Positions 1 through 12,500 of a DNA stretch of 64,000 bases are shown here, piece after piece. The stretch's first letter is position 1; every line of letters begins with the position of its first letter. The notes beneath the pieces were generated by a model, which ran no database searches, had not been told where the DNA came from, and saw only the letters and a list, made by a program, of their open reading frames with translations. This DNA comes from Somniosus microcephalus. Taxonomy: Eukaryota. The position numbers and the translations under genes are program-made. The stretch lies in the NCBI GenBank assembly GCA_052327205.1, contig CM126212.1:23932001-23996000 (forward strand), in the 5' to 3' direction.

Positions 1-204
1 ACACTGGCCCTTTATATTCCAGGGGGTGAGGGGGGAGGGATCTTCCACCAACCCCTCAGACATCAAAGGGGGGTGGGGGGGGTGCTGGGCTTCTCCAGGA
101 ATTCTGACTTTCATGCCCTCCGTTAGTGTTGGCAGAGCTTACTCCAGCCAGAGAATTGGCATGAGTCCCACTGAGGGCCTTCAGAGACCCCGAACCTTTA
201 CCAG

Positions 205-1465
205 AAAAACAACAACAACTTGTATTTATATAGTGCCTTTAACGTCCCTAGGCGCTGCACAGGAGTATTATAAGACAAAAAATTTGACACCGGGCCACAT
301 AAGGAGAAATTAGGGTAGGTGACCAAAAGCTTGGTCAAAGAGGTGGGTTTTAAGGAGCGTCTTAAAGAAGGAAAGAGTGATAGAGAGGCGGAGAGGTTTA
401 GGCAGGGAATTCCAGAGCTAAGGGCCCAGACATCAGAAGGCACAGCCACCAATGGTTGAGCGATTATAATCAGGGATGTTCAAGAGGGCAGAATTAGAGG
501 AGCGCTGATATCTCGGGGGTTGTGGGGCTGGAGGAGATTAGAGATAAGGAAGGGTTAGGCCATGGAGGGATTTGAAAACAAGAATGAGAATTTTGAAATC
601 GAGGTGTTGCTCAACTGGGAGCCAATGTAGGTCAGCGAGCACAGGGGAGATGGGCGAACAGGACTTGGTGCGAGTTAGGACATGGGCAGCTGAGTTTTGG
701 ATGACCTCAAGTTTACGCAGGGTAGAATGTGGGAGACCAGCCAGGAGTGCATTGGAATAGTTAAGTCTAGAGGTAACAAAGGCATGGATGAGGGTTTCAG
801 CAGTGGATGAGCTAAGGCAAGGGTGGAGACGGGCGATGTTATGGGAGGTGGAAATAGGCGGTCTAAGATGTGTCGGGGATATGTGGCTGGAAACTCATTT
901 CAGGGTCAAATATGACACCAAAGTTGCGAACAGTGTGGTTCAGCCTCAGACAGATGTTAGGGTGAGGGATGGATTCGGTGGCTAGGGAATGGAGTTTGTG
1001 ACGGGAACCGAAAACAATGCCTTTGGTCTTCCCAATATTTAATTGGAGAAAATTTCTGCTTATCCAGAACTGGATGTCGGATAAGCTGTCTGACAATTTA
1101 GAGACTGTGGAGAGGTCGAGAGAAGTGGTGGTGAGGTAGAGCTGGGTACATGTGGAAACTGACGCCGTGTTTTCAGATGATGTCGCCAAGGGGTAACATG
1201 TAGATGAGAAATAAAATGGGGCCAAGGATAGATCCTTGGGGGACACCAGAAGTAACGATGCGGGAGTGGGAAGAGACGCCATTGCAGGTGATTCTCTGGC
1301 TGTGATTAGATAGTTAAGAATAGAACCAGGTGAGAGCAGTCCCACCCAGCTGGACGACGGTTGGAGAAGGATGGAGTGGTCAACCATGTCAAAGGCTGCA
1401 GACAAGTCAAGAAGGACGAGGAGGGATAGTTTACCTTTGTCACAGTCACAAGGGATGTCATGCAT
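205..1465 (-). mobile_element. L2 (LINE2) 3' fragment, decayed RT
   Basis: ORF 863-1516 contains [16 protein letters not shown] and [10 protein letters not shown]; (TTG)n tail at the left end. Confidence 0.9.
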
Positions 1466-2124
1466 GATTCCAGCTTTGTATGATTTAGTGCTACACCAGA
1501 TGGTGTGGTAGGCCACTGGGGAGCTACAATTTTCTTTAAGTCCACCATGAGACCAGCCCAGTTATCAATGCCACCTTCTCAGCATTCCCTAGCCTCAGGC
1601 ACAGAAACATGCTCCCAACACTCACTGCAGCTCTTTAAGAGCTGGCCATTATATTCACAGTCAATAGCTTCCACACAGTGACAACTGGACTTTCTGTGAG
1701 GGTTCTCCTGATCTTCTGCTGGAACTTGGGCAGAAGATTGGCGGTAGCCCTAGAGAAATGGCACAAATGGCTAAAAATAGTCAGTTACACCATTGCTGTG
1801 CTGATCTTCCACTGAGGGCACGAAGAACCCCATCGAAATTCTCCCTTTGCACCTTTAATTCTTTCAGTGTTGGTAATGGATTTCAAGTTTTCAAAACACA
1901 CCTACTTCACTCATGCAAACACAATTTTGTTTAATTCTGAAGAGCAGTTGAAAAGAATTTAAGAAACGTAATTAATCCAAAAGAATATTTTTAATCATAG
2001 GGTATGTCACTGCACAGCTGTGTTTGATGGCCAACTCACAATTATGGCGTATGCAAATGATGGTCCTCTTCACCTGGACAGTGTATGTGGTTTCCAGTGG
2101 GCAACTAGGAATGAGGTCAATATT

Positions 2125-3085
2125 GGATAGGATCTTGCTGGAAAAGTAACGGCATGTTAACGACGTACGCCGTTGTTAATGTGCACATCGGCTAGCAAGT
2201 TCAGGGGATTAAGAAAGAAAGGAAGAAAGACTTGCATTTGTATAGCGCCTTTCACAACCACCGGATGCCCCAAAGCGCTTTGCAGCCAATGAAGTACTTT
2301 TTGAAGTGTAGTCAACGCGGCAGCCAATTTGCACGCAGTAAACTCCCACAAACAGCAATGTGATAATGACCAGATAATTTGTTTTTTTTGTTATGTTGAT
2401 TGAGGGATAAATATTGGCCAGGACACCAGGAATAACTCCCCTAAGAGATACCGCGTGAGTTGTGAATTTCCAGAACTTGCTGGTCGATTTCCACCGCACC
2501 ACCGTTTGCTTCGCACAAACGACATCTCGCCCTTCGCCTCCCTGTTATTTTTAAGAACTTGCTGGATTTGCACATTAATTGCCCTTTAAACTGGCCACAG
2601 AAAGTTTAGTCTGGTAAGTAACAGCGGAAGTAACTTTTTAACGACGTGATAATTGTTAATGCAATGCCAATCAACCTCACTGGCCCAGAAATTGAACAAT
2701 TTAAACTAGAATCTCATTCCTTCAGGTGGTAAATTGTTCTTAGAGAGTTTAAAAATGTCATTTATAAATTTTACATTTTTTTTCTTGTCTCTTTTTTTCT
2801 CTCTCTTTATTTCTCTTTCCGTACCTGATTTGACTCTAATTCACCCTCCTTCTCAGTCGTTCCTCTGTTTCTTTCTCAATCCTTCGATCTCATTGGTTAA
2901 GGAGATATGTTGTTGGTCCCGCTGTTCACTAGGGTCCCAGATGCTCTGTTGCCCTCGCCGCGCCGTTCACAGCTCGCACTTCCAGCAAGTTAAGGCGGAA
3001 ATTCTTTATTGAGCTGATGGGCGCACAAAAAAGTTTAACCACTGGGGCACACTACAAGATGTCCTGCTCAGCAAGATCCAGCCCA
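2125..3085. mobile_element. Non-autonomous TIR element (Harbinger-like) with a nested Deu-domain SINE fragment (about 2212-2440, -)
   Basis: Ends ggatcttgctg...cagcaagatcc are inverted repeats; the internal SINE 3' half matches the other SINE copies in the window. Confidence 0.55.
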
Positions 3086-4412
3086 ATAGTGCAGCACCTA
3101 CAGAGCAGGGACATACTGACTTCTGCAAGGCATCTGATGTGAGCCCCAAGGGATCTGCAAATGGCACACTTCCATAATTTATACATCATTTTTAAAAGAT
3201 CGGTTTTGAAGAGAAAATAAGACACTTCTCAGACAGAGAGGCCTGGGATTTCAAATGAGCGAAGTGCCATTTTTAACAGAATTGAAATTGATCCTCACTC
3301 CCTAACAGGGGAGGCAATGGTCTCATACCTTCCTGTCTCATATTTTCCATGGGACTTAATCCTAAAGAGTGAGTGTCAGGAACAGAATCAAGTGAAGTAA
3401 TGAACACATCAACCTTGTGGCACCAAACAAGAATGTTGCATAGCCAAATAAAACAGTCCTATTGGAATATCACCACCTTAAAATGCAGACAATCCCACCC
3501 ATAGTAATGATTGAACGTTTTAAAAATTTCAGACTGGTGCTTCTTTCCATTCACAGCTTTTGCAACAAAACCAAAGAGGAATTTAAAGGGAATGGTCCAT
3601 TTACGAAAACTCTTATTCATTGTCAGGATTGATTGAGCTTTTAGCCTGTAGATATAAGAACCTTTGCAGATAGCGTGAATAAGACCATTCACTTATATAG
3701 CATCCCTCACATTCACTTATATAGCATCCTTCACATAGAAAAACAGGGGGGAGGGGAGGGTACTGAACAGAAGATGGAAAGGATAGAGGGAAGGGACTGG
3801 AGGCGCAATTAAAGAGATAGGTTTTCAGCAGGCCATTGGAGGGCGTGAACGCGGCTTTGGAAGAGAGAGGTCGCAAGAACAAGGACATAGTGGCTGAGAA
3901 ATCGGCCATAGATGGTGGAGTGGAGGGGGCGGGAGAGGAGCAGTAATCCACAGTTGAAGGAGCGAAGGGTGCAAGTTGGGCCAGCGAGATGATGATCAAG
4001 ATAAGGAGGAGTACACAGAGTATTGCAGGTATATATTCTGTAATCTGCGATGCAATGGCTTCTATTTCTGTTTTTATAAACTGTCCATTGGGATTGAGGT
4101 ACATTTTCCCACGTCCAGGCAAAACTCCACTCCCAAGGGCAATCCCACGTTCTTTATGAACTGAAAAGTGATTTGATGCGCAAAGTAATCTAGGATAGTG
4201 AAAATATCCATTGGTATTTCAGGAGTGCAGCCTTCATGTAGCACTGTGGGCTTGGAAATTGGTGCAGCCTTTAATAAGTCAAGAGTGGCTGATGATTGCA
4301 GGGAAAGGCTGGGGAGCAACAGGTAAGTAGGAAAGTGTTTGGCACAGTGAGTTCACTTACCAGGTAGCTGGATGGCATGGGTTTTATACATATTTTGTGG
4401 CAGTTTTAAAGC

Positions 4413-4690
4413 ATGTCTTCAAAAGAAGGACCCGACAGAGGCGCTCAAAGAAAGGAGCAGGGAGTTGCAAGGAGGCAGAAAGGAAGAGCACGCAGTTTTA
4501 AAGAGGCCAACTTGCAGACACTTTTGGATGAAATGCAGCTGAGGAGAGAAAGACTGCTGGGTACCCATGGGAGTAAGCTTCAGAAACGTGTGTCTCATAT
4601 CATGTGGAGCGAGGTGGCTCTGACACTGACTGGGACCTCACATACCCGTGTTGGAAAAAGTTCAATGACCTTACGGGAGCAGGCAAGGTA
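4413..4690 (+). pseudogene. Myb/SANT-like DNA-binding domain remnant, probably a Harbinger second ORF
   Basis: RARSFKEANLQTLLDEM...WSEVA, then after a frameshift CWKKFNDL, followed by a GT donor; this is the trihelix/Myb-SANT pattern. Confidence 0.65.
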
Positions 4691-4939
4691 ACACGTTGGC
4701 AACTGTTTTTTTTCCCCCTTGGGCACCTGCATACTCTAAAATTAATAACTGCACAAGTCACATTCACAACTCAGAGTTTAAGGGGATCAGCCCTCACCAT
4801 AAACATTGTACCCTTGCCAATAACTCCACCCCCACCCCCCCCCAACATCCCCACTCCTGCCATTGTCTCGGGCCAGCGTTGGAGAAACAGAGTATTTGGG
4901 AGCGGCTACAGCGCTGGAGGAGATTGTAGAGATTGGATG

Positions 4940-5370
4940 GAGCAAGGCAATAGACCAATTTATTATTGAGAACAAGGATTTTATATGTGATATGCTAGGG
5001 AGCAGGGAGTGAAGGCAGGAATCGTGGATGATCCGGACTTAGTGTGAAACTGGATGCATGCGGCTGAGTTTTGGACAAGTTGGTGTTTATGGAGGGTGGA
5101 AGATGGGAGGTCAGCCAAGCGAGCTTTAGAGTAGCTAGTCTGGAGGTGACGAAAGCGTGGCTAAGGTGGTGGAGAAGCTGCGGTCGGGGCAGAGGTGGGC
5201 AATGTTGGTGGAGGTGGGTGTGCAGTCACTGTTGGTGATGGATGTGGGGTTTAAATCTTAGCTCAGGATTGAGCAGGAAACTGAGAATTACAGATTGTCT
5301 GGTTCAGTCTGAGAGAATGTCCAGTGAAGGGGGAACGGAGTCAGTGGCATGGGAGCAGAGTTTGTGGCGT
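4940..5370 (-). mobile_element. Old L2 fragment
   Basis: Degenerate similarity to the L2 RT 3' region at 205-1465. Confidence 0.55.
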
Positions 5371-5833
5371 TTACAGATTCAGGATATATGTATCAAAAAA
5401 AAGATAGAAACTGAAAAAGCAATCAGCTCATCGAACTAGCCCCATTTTTTAGGTCCTTGTTCAAGAGAGATCTATTCAGAAACAATATTGAAGCAAAGAT
5501 GGATTTAAATGCCAGCCTATTGAATTTAACTTCAAAGAGTCATGTTGGAATGTTCGGCTCACAACCAGTAGGACCAGTCCGACCACACTGGATTTATTCT
5601 TTCTGCTCCACCCGTTAAACAATTTAGTAAATTCTTCATTGTTGCTGGATACCCTGAAAGAGTCACTTGGTTGGGTAGATATCTTGAAACATAGTTTACT
5701 GGTTTAGTAAACAAATTGAGACAATTGACTCAATTGGTGATAGCATCGGAACACTGATCACATCTGCCATAATTCCCTAACTAGGCATCCAGGCCCGGAT
5801 CGGGTGTGTCTGCTGTCGCACAAGCAGATTCTT

Positions 5834-6040
5834 TCACAGAATCACAGAAATCACAGAAACCCCACAGTGCAGATAGAGGCCATTTCGGCCCATCGAGCCT
5901 GCACCGACACATATCCCACCCGATCCCTGTAACCCCTACACCAACACATATCCCACCCTATCCCCGTAACCCCACGTATTTAATCCCCCTAACACTAAGG
6001 GTCAATTTATCATAGCCAATCAACCTAACCCGCACATCTT
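5834..6040 (-). mobile_element. HE1/V-SINE 3' fragment
   Basis: Near-identical to the 3' part of the SINE at 34534-34845; short tcacagaa tail repeats. Confidence 0.8.
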
Positions 6041-6464
6041 GAGTAAACTAGAGGTCAAGGTTCATAGTGCAAGGTGACGCCAAGGCTGAAATCAATAGAA
6101 GACGAGGTCCCCTAGTCCTAGACTCCCCAACCAGCGGAAATAGTTTCTCTCTATTTCTACATTAACAATGGTCACTTTAGTGAGGTGCTGAAGGGTGTCC
6201 TGCGCCTACGGAGCCCCAGCAAGAAGGCCTAAGCTTCAGGAGGCAGGAGGGGAGGGAAGGGAAGGGGAGAAAATTTAAAGGGAAGATCTGCTAAGGTAAT
6301 TAAAGCAGTCTATATTGAAGAAAGACATTAGGAGGAAAAAGGGCAGAAGTAATGTTTTGGAAACTTTTCATGAAATCCAGAGTGAGAGAGAGCGAGAGAT
6401 CACCACAGTGCAGCGTATTAAAATGAAGGTTTAATGCTCTCGCGCTCCTTCTATTTGCTTATAG

Positions 6465-6582
6465 TGTGGCGTGGTCCTGGGCTCCCTCCTGCAGATCTGC
6501 TGCTCCTGGCTGGCTTACAGCACCAGTCTGATGCTGATTGAAGCGGCGATCGCAGCTAAACGCAAAACCTACGTTGGTCTCG
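6465..6582 (+). CDS. SLC38A10: SLC38A10-like coding exon (about exon 2, 118 bp)
   Basis: ttatag|TGT...CTCG|gtaagt; encodes [39 protein letters not shown], compare SLC38A10 CGIVLGALLLVFCSW...KRRTYAGL. Confidence 0.9.
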
Positions 6583-9500
6583 GTAAGTTCTCGCTATAGG
6601 AGGAAATAAGTTACCTCGAGCAGAGATTATGATAAATAGCCGAAGGATGTTGGTGCTGTAAGTTTGAATCTTTTGTGTGCACTTTAAATGAGCTCCACCA
6701 TCAGCACTAACTTCCTGCTGAAAGCACCACTTGGTGCTGTAACCTGCACTATTTTTTATAGACTTTAGACAACACAACTTGAATGTTTAACATAGAAACA
6801 TAAGAGCAGGAGTCGGCCATTCGGCCCTTCGAGCCTGCTCCGCCATTCAATATGATCATGGCTGGTCCTCTATCTCAATACCATATTCCCGCTCTCTCCC
6901 CATACCCCTTGATGCCTTTTGTGTCTAGAAATCTATCTATCTCCTTCTTAAATATATTCAGTGACTTGGCCTCCACAGCCTTTTGTGGTAGAGAATTCCA
7001 CACGTTCGCCACCCTCTGAGTGAAGAAATTTCTCCTCATCTCAGTCCTAAATGTCCTACCCCGTATCCTGAGACTGTGACCCCTCGTTCTAGAATCCCCA
7101 GCCAGAGGAAACATCCTCCCTGCATCCAGTCTGTCTAGCCCTGTCAGAATTTTATACGTTTCAATGAGATCCCCTCTCATTCTTCTAAACTCTAGTGAAT
7201 ACAGGCCTAGTCGACCCAATCTCTCCTCATACGACAGTCCTGCCATCCCAGGAATCAGTCTGGTGAACCTTCGTGGCACTCCCTCTATGGCAAGTATATC
7301 CTTTCTTAGATAAGGAGACCAAAACTGCACACAGTACTCCAGGTGTGGTCTTACCAAGGCCCTGTATAACTGTAACGTTAGTTGTTTTTATGCCACAGAG
7401 GCTCCAGCTTCCAATCTTGGAGGATTTACTACACGTAATAAGTTAATTGGGACAACATTCACCAACTTCCCTTCCTGACCCCCATTTTAGCTGATGTTGT
7501 AAATGGCTTGCTCTCCTCGGGTACTGTCCCTCCCTCTTTCAAAACTGCCATCGAAGCATAGAATGATACAGCACAGAAGGAGGCCATTCGGCCCACCGTG
7601 CCTGTGCCAGCACTTTGAAAGAGCTATCCAATTAGTCCCACTCCACTTCTTGTTCCTCAAAGCCATGCAAATGTTTCAATTTTGCGTATATAGCCCATTC
7701 CCTTTTGAAAGTTACTATTGAATCTGCTTCCACCACCCTTTCAGGCAGCGCATTCCAGATCATAACAACTCGCTGTGTTAAAAAAAAACTCCTCATCTCC
7801 CTCTGGTTCTTTTGCCAATTATCTTAAATCTGTGTCCTCTGGTTACCGACCCTCCTGCCAGTGGAAACAGTTTCTCCTTATTTACTCTATCAAAACCCCT
7901 CAGAATTTTGAACACCTCTATTAAATCTCCCCTTCTAGGAATAGAGAGAAACTATTTCCGCTGGTTGGGGAGTCTAGGACTAGGGGACATAGCCCAAGCA
8001 TTAGAGCCATATCTTTCAGGAGTGAAGTTAGGAAACACTTCTACACACAAAGGGTGGTAGAAGTTTGGAACTCTCTTCTGCAAATGGCAGTTGATGCTAG
8101 ATCAATTTTAAATTTTAAATTGGAGATTGATAGATTTTTGTTAACCAAAGGTATTAAGGGATATGGGGCAAAGGATTTAGGTCATAGATCAGCCATGAGC
8201 TCATTGAATGGTGGAACAGGCTTGAGGGGCTAAATGACCTACTCCTGTTCCTATGTCTCCTTCTCTGCTCTAAGCAGGACAATCCCAGCTTCTGTAGGGC
8301 CTCTTAGACCAAAGCCCAAAAAACCGGAAAGGTCACCCCCGACAAAGGACGGTGAAAATATTGCTGTGTTTTAATGTTAGTGGGTGTTATGTATACAACA
8401 AGCATTACTTGAACTATCTGGAATTTGTTCATTATTTAAACCATTTGCCTGTTTGGTTTTCATAAAGTGGCGCACACTCAGAAATCTGCTGGACTTTATC
8501 TCTTCTCACTCCTCCTTATCTCTCCTCTCCTGAAGATGTGGGTATTTTGAATTAGCACTGACCGAATTTACAATTTCTCTTTTAGCTCAAATATCGTATG
8601 GAATACCTGGAAAATTAATGGTCGAAATAAGGTGAGTGGCCATCGGTGCATTTGATGTTGGAAAGCTTTCTTGTTCTAAGGCTGAGAGTTCCCATATGTT
8701 GTTTGCTATCTTGGTCTCCCTGTTTACGGTTGAGGGCCTGACCTGCTGTCAGGCTCCCCAGTACTTGGAAAGCAACTGCTAAGCGATGCACACAGACCGA
8801 CTGAGGTGACTTCCCCTTCGGCTTACACTTTCCCTCCTTCAGTTATTCACAGGTGTCCTCTGCTGATGACCTTTGGATAGTAATAAGGCTGAGGCTGGAA
8901 ACCATGGTGCGTGCGTTGGATGCTTCAGCAAACTGCGCTTACATGAAAGCTGCACTTCCCGACCGGGGTCGATTTTTGACTTTGTGCGTTAGTGCGAAAC
9001 GGGTGATAGCGAGTCGGCAGCCTGTTGAAGTCAATGGAAATAAAAATGGGGAGATGTAGAACGGGCCACCGACTTGCTATCGCCCATTTTACACTATCAC
9101 ACAAAGTTAAAATCGACCCCCCCCCGCCCCCCGCTACATACTTTGAACTCCAGTTCTGGTCACCACACTTTAGGAAGGATGTGAAGGCCCTTGAGAGGGT
9201 GCAGAGGTGATTTACCAGAATGGTTCCGGGGATGGGGGATCTTAGCTACAAGGACAGGTTGGAGAAGCTGGATTTGTTTTCATTGGAGCAAAGGAGGTTG
9301 CGGGGTGATTTGATAGAGGTGTACAAGATTATGTCGGGTTTGAATAGGCTAGACGGGGAAAGGCTGTTCACACTAGTTGATGGTACAAGGACTAGGGGAC
9401 ACAGATTTAAGGTTTTGGGCAAGAGATACAGGGGGGATGTGTGGTAAAACTTTTTTACGCAGCGAGTGATGGGGACCTGGAACTCGCTGCCGACGGAAGT

Positions 9501-12500
9501 GGTGGAAGCGGAGACACTCAATGTTTTCAAGGGGAGACTGGATAGGCACTTGAGGGAAATAAACTTGCAGGGCTACGGGGATAGAGTGGGGGAATGGGAC
9601 TGACTGGATTGCTCTACAGAGAGCTGGCGCAGACTCGATGGGCCGAGTGGCCTCCTTCTGTGCCGCTATGGCTCTTGACTCTATCTTCAAGATCATCTAT
9701 TAGCCCCCAAACTAAATTGAGCATTTTCACTTCAACCTGTATTGGGGAACTGGCTGAAGTCAATCCCAGCAACATCAATCGATGTAGTTTAAACATTCCC
9801 GCCTGGAATTTCTGCAGCAGCAGCTGTTCCGAACTCCTGTCCTAACATTGGCAAAATCAGCGGAAACCCTAGAGAAAAGGCTGGATCTCATGGTTTCTAT
9901 TTTCAATCTTGTATCTGCCTCAATCATGTTCAGAACTGGATTAGTTCCTTTAATCTGACTCTGGTCTCTTGTGCAAGCACCTGCCCCCCCCCCCGCCCCC
10001 ACACTTCGGGGCATTTTCTATGTTAATCCAAGTTGTTGGTGTTGTTGTTGCTACTACAAACAGAATTGTTTCCGACTATTTGTGAAAGGCTCGTAGTTTC
10101 TCTAATATGGGAGCATTTCAGTTGCATCAAAATGCTCTGGTGTTTTAATGGAAGTAAGACCGTGTTGTCAAAGTGTTCAGGTAAATGGAGAGCGGGAAGA
10201 AGAACTTGCATTTCTATAGCATCTTTCACGACCTTAGGACGTCCCAAAGTGCTTTACAGCCAATGAAGTACTTTTGAAGTGTAGTCACTGTTGTAATGCA
10301 GGAATCAGGGCAGCCAGTTTGCACACAGCAAGCTCCCACAAACAGCAATGGGCTATATAACCAGATAATTTGTTTTTGTGATGTTGATTGAGGGATAAAT
10401 ATTGGCCAGGACACCGGGGAGAACTCACCTGCTCTTCTTCAAAATAGTACCATGGAATAATTTACATCCACCTGAGAGAGTAGAGGAGGCCTTGGTTTAA
10501 CATCTCATGCTGAAAGATGGCACCTTTGACAGTGCAGCATTCCCTCAGTGCTACACTGGAGTGTCAGCCTAGATTATGTGCATAAGTCTCATGGAGTGGG
10601 ATTTGAATCCACAACTTTCGGACTACAGAGGCGAGAGTGCTACCCACTCAGCCACAGCTGAGGAGGGAGAGGAAGTCCAAAAAATAAAAGTCCACAGACA
10701 TTAACCAGCCATTGGTATTGCACACGGAAGAGATTGAGAACAGCTTTCACATCCTCAGCAAATATTTTCTACTTGATCATCAGCACAGAACCAGAAACCT
10801 GCTTTAGTTGCAGTTCAATTTTAATTACAAGGGGTGCTGGTTTTCTGCTTACAGTATGATCGGGTTATTGCTGGGAACCTGCATTGCTTTCTTTGTTGTG
10901 CTTGAAGATCTGGGAGCCAACTTGTTCCTGGTGTTGACTGGATCCTCGGTAAGTTCAATACACCATTCAGTAAAACAGGCTAAATTTCCACTTTGCTTGG
11001 GTTTGTTTTTTCTCTTTTCCTGTTTTTGTTTCTCTTCAATCTTCTCTCCGCCCATCCCTCTTGAACAAATTGATTCCTTCACCACAGTACAATTGCTCAG
11101 ACACCAGTGACCCTCTGGTACCCTGTCAATTATTCATGTGTGAGTCCTGACAGCAAGTGTTGCCAGGCTATCTGGCTGGAGATCAGATTGCAGGCAAGCC
11201 CAATCCTCCCTGCACCTGGAATCCACGCACGCACACTTGGGGCAGTAGTGGGAATTCTGGCTGATTTTTCATTTCCTAAAGCCAAGGACATTGAGGCCAA
11301 TGTTGCTTCCCAGCTGCCACTCTTGAGATGAGCAAGCAGGCATCAAACCCTCGGCCCCCTGACCTGTGTGGCTCAGTTGTACAATGGCTTTACCAACTGA
11401 AGCTCAATTGGAAGGAATTGAATGTTTGCATGTTTCAGTTGAGTCAACTCAAACCTATCTAACCAAACCTGGGCCCTCGAAACTCTGCAGTTCCTACTCC
11501 ACCACTGGAAGTGCGTCAGAGCGGGACACCCAGATTCCTGCAGCATAAGAACATAAGAAATAGGAGCAGGAGTAGGCCAATCGGCCCCTCGAGCCTGCTC
11601 CGCCATTCAATAAGATCATGGCTGACCTGATCCTAACCGCCAATCCACTATCACAGAACCATCTCCTGAATCTAACAGAATTAGACACACGAAATAGGAG
11701 CAGGATCAGGCTACACGGCCCCTGGGCCCGCTCCGCTACCCACAGGGCCATGACCGATCCGAACCTAGACTCTTGTCCAAATTCCTGCCCGCTCCCCGTA
11801 ACCCTTAATTCCCTTTACTTCTAGGAAACTGTCTATTTCTGTTTTAAATTTATGTAATGATGTAGCTTCTACAGCTTTTTGGGGCAGCATATTCCATGGA
11901 CCTACCACCCTCTGAGTGAAGTAGTTCCTCCTCATCTCAGTTTTGAAAGAGCAGCCCCTTATTCTAAGACTATGCCCCCTAGTTCTAGTTTCACCCATCA
12001 TCGGGAACATCTTCCCCGCATCCACCCGATCCAACCCCTTCACAATCTTATATGTTTCAATAAGATCGCCTCTCATTCTTCTGAACTCCAATGAGTAGAG
12101 TCCCAATCTACTCAACCTCTCCTCATATGTCCAGCCCCTCAGCCCCGGTTTTAACCGAGTGAACCTTCTTTGTACTGACTCGGGAGCAAGTATGTCTTTT
12201 CTTAAGTATGGACACCAAAACTGTACGCAGTATTCCAGGTGCGGTCTCACCAATACCTTGTACAACTGAAGCAATACCTCCCTATTTTTATATTCTATCC
12301 CCCTAGCAATGAAAGCCAACATTCCATTGGCCTTCTTAATCACTTGCTGCACCTGCATACTAACTTTTTGAGTTTCGTGCACCAGGACCCCCAGATCCCT
12401 TTGTACTTCAGTACTTTCCAGTTTCTTGCCATTAAGATAATAACTTGCTCTACGATTTTTCCTGCCAAAGTGCATAACCTCACACTTTCCAGTATTGTAT

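Noticed and set aside
1-6464. First coding exon and promoter of the SLC38A10-like gene
   Set aside because: No segment encoding an NSI.G...MPFCF-like TM1 peptide with a donor site was found; it probably lies upstream of the window.
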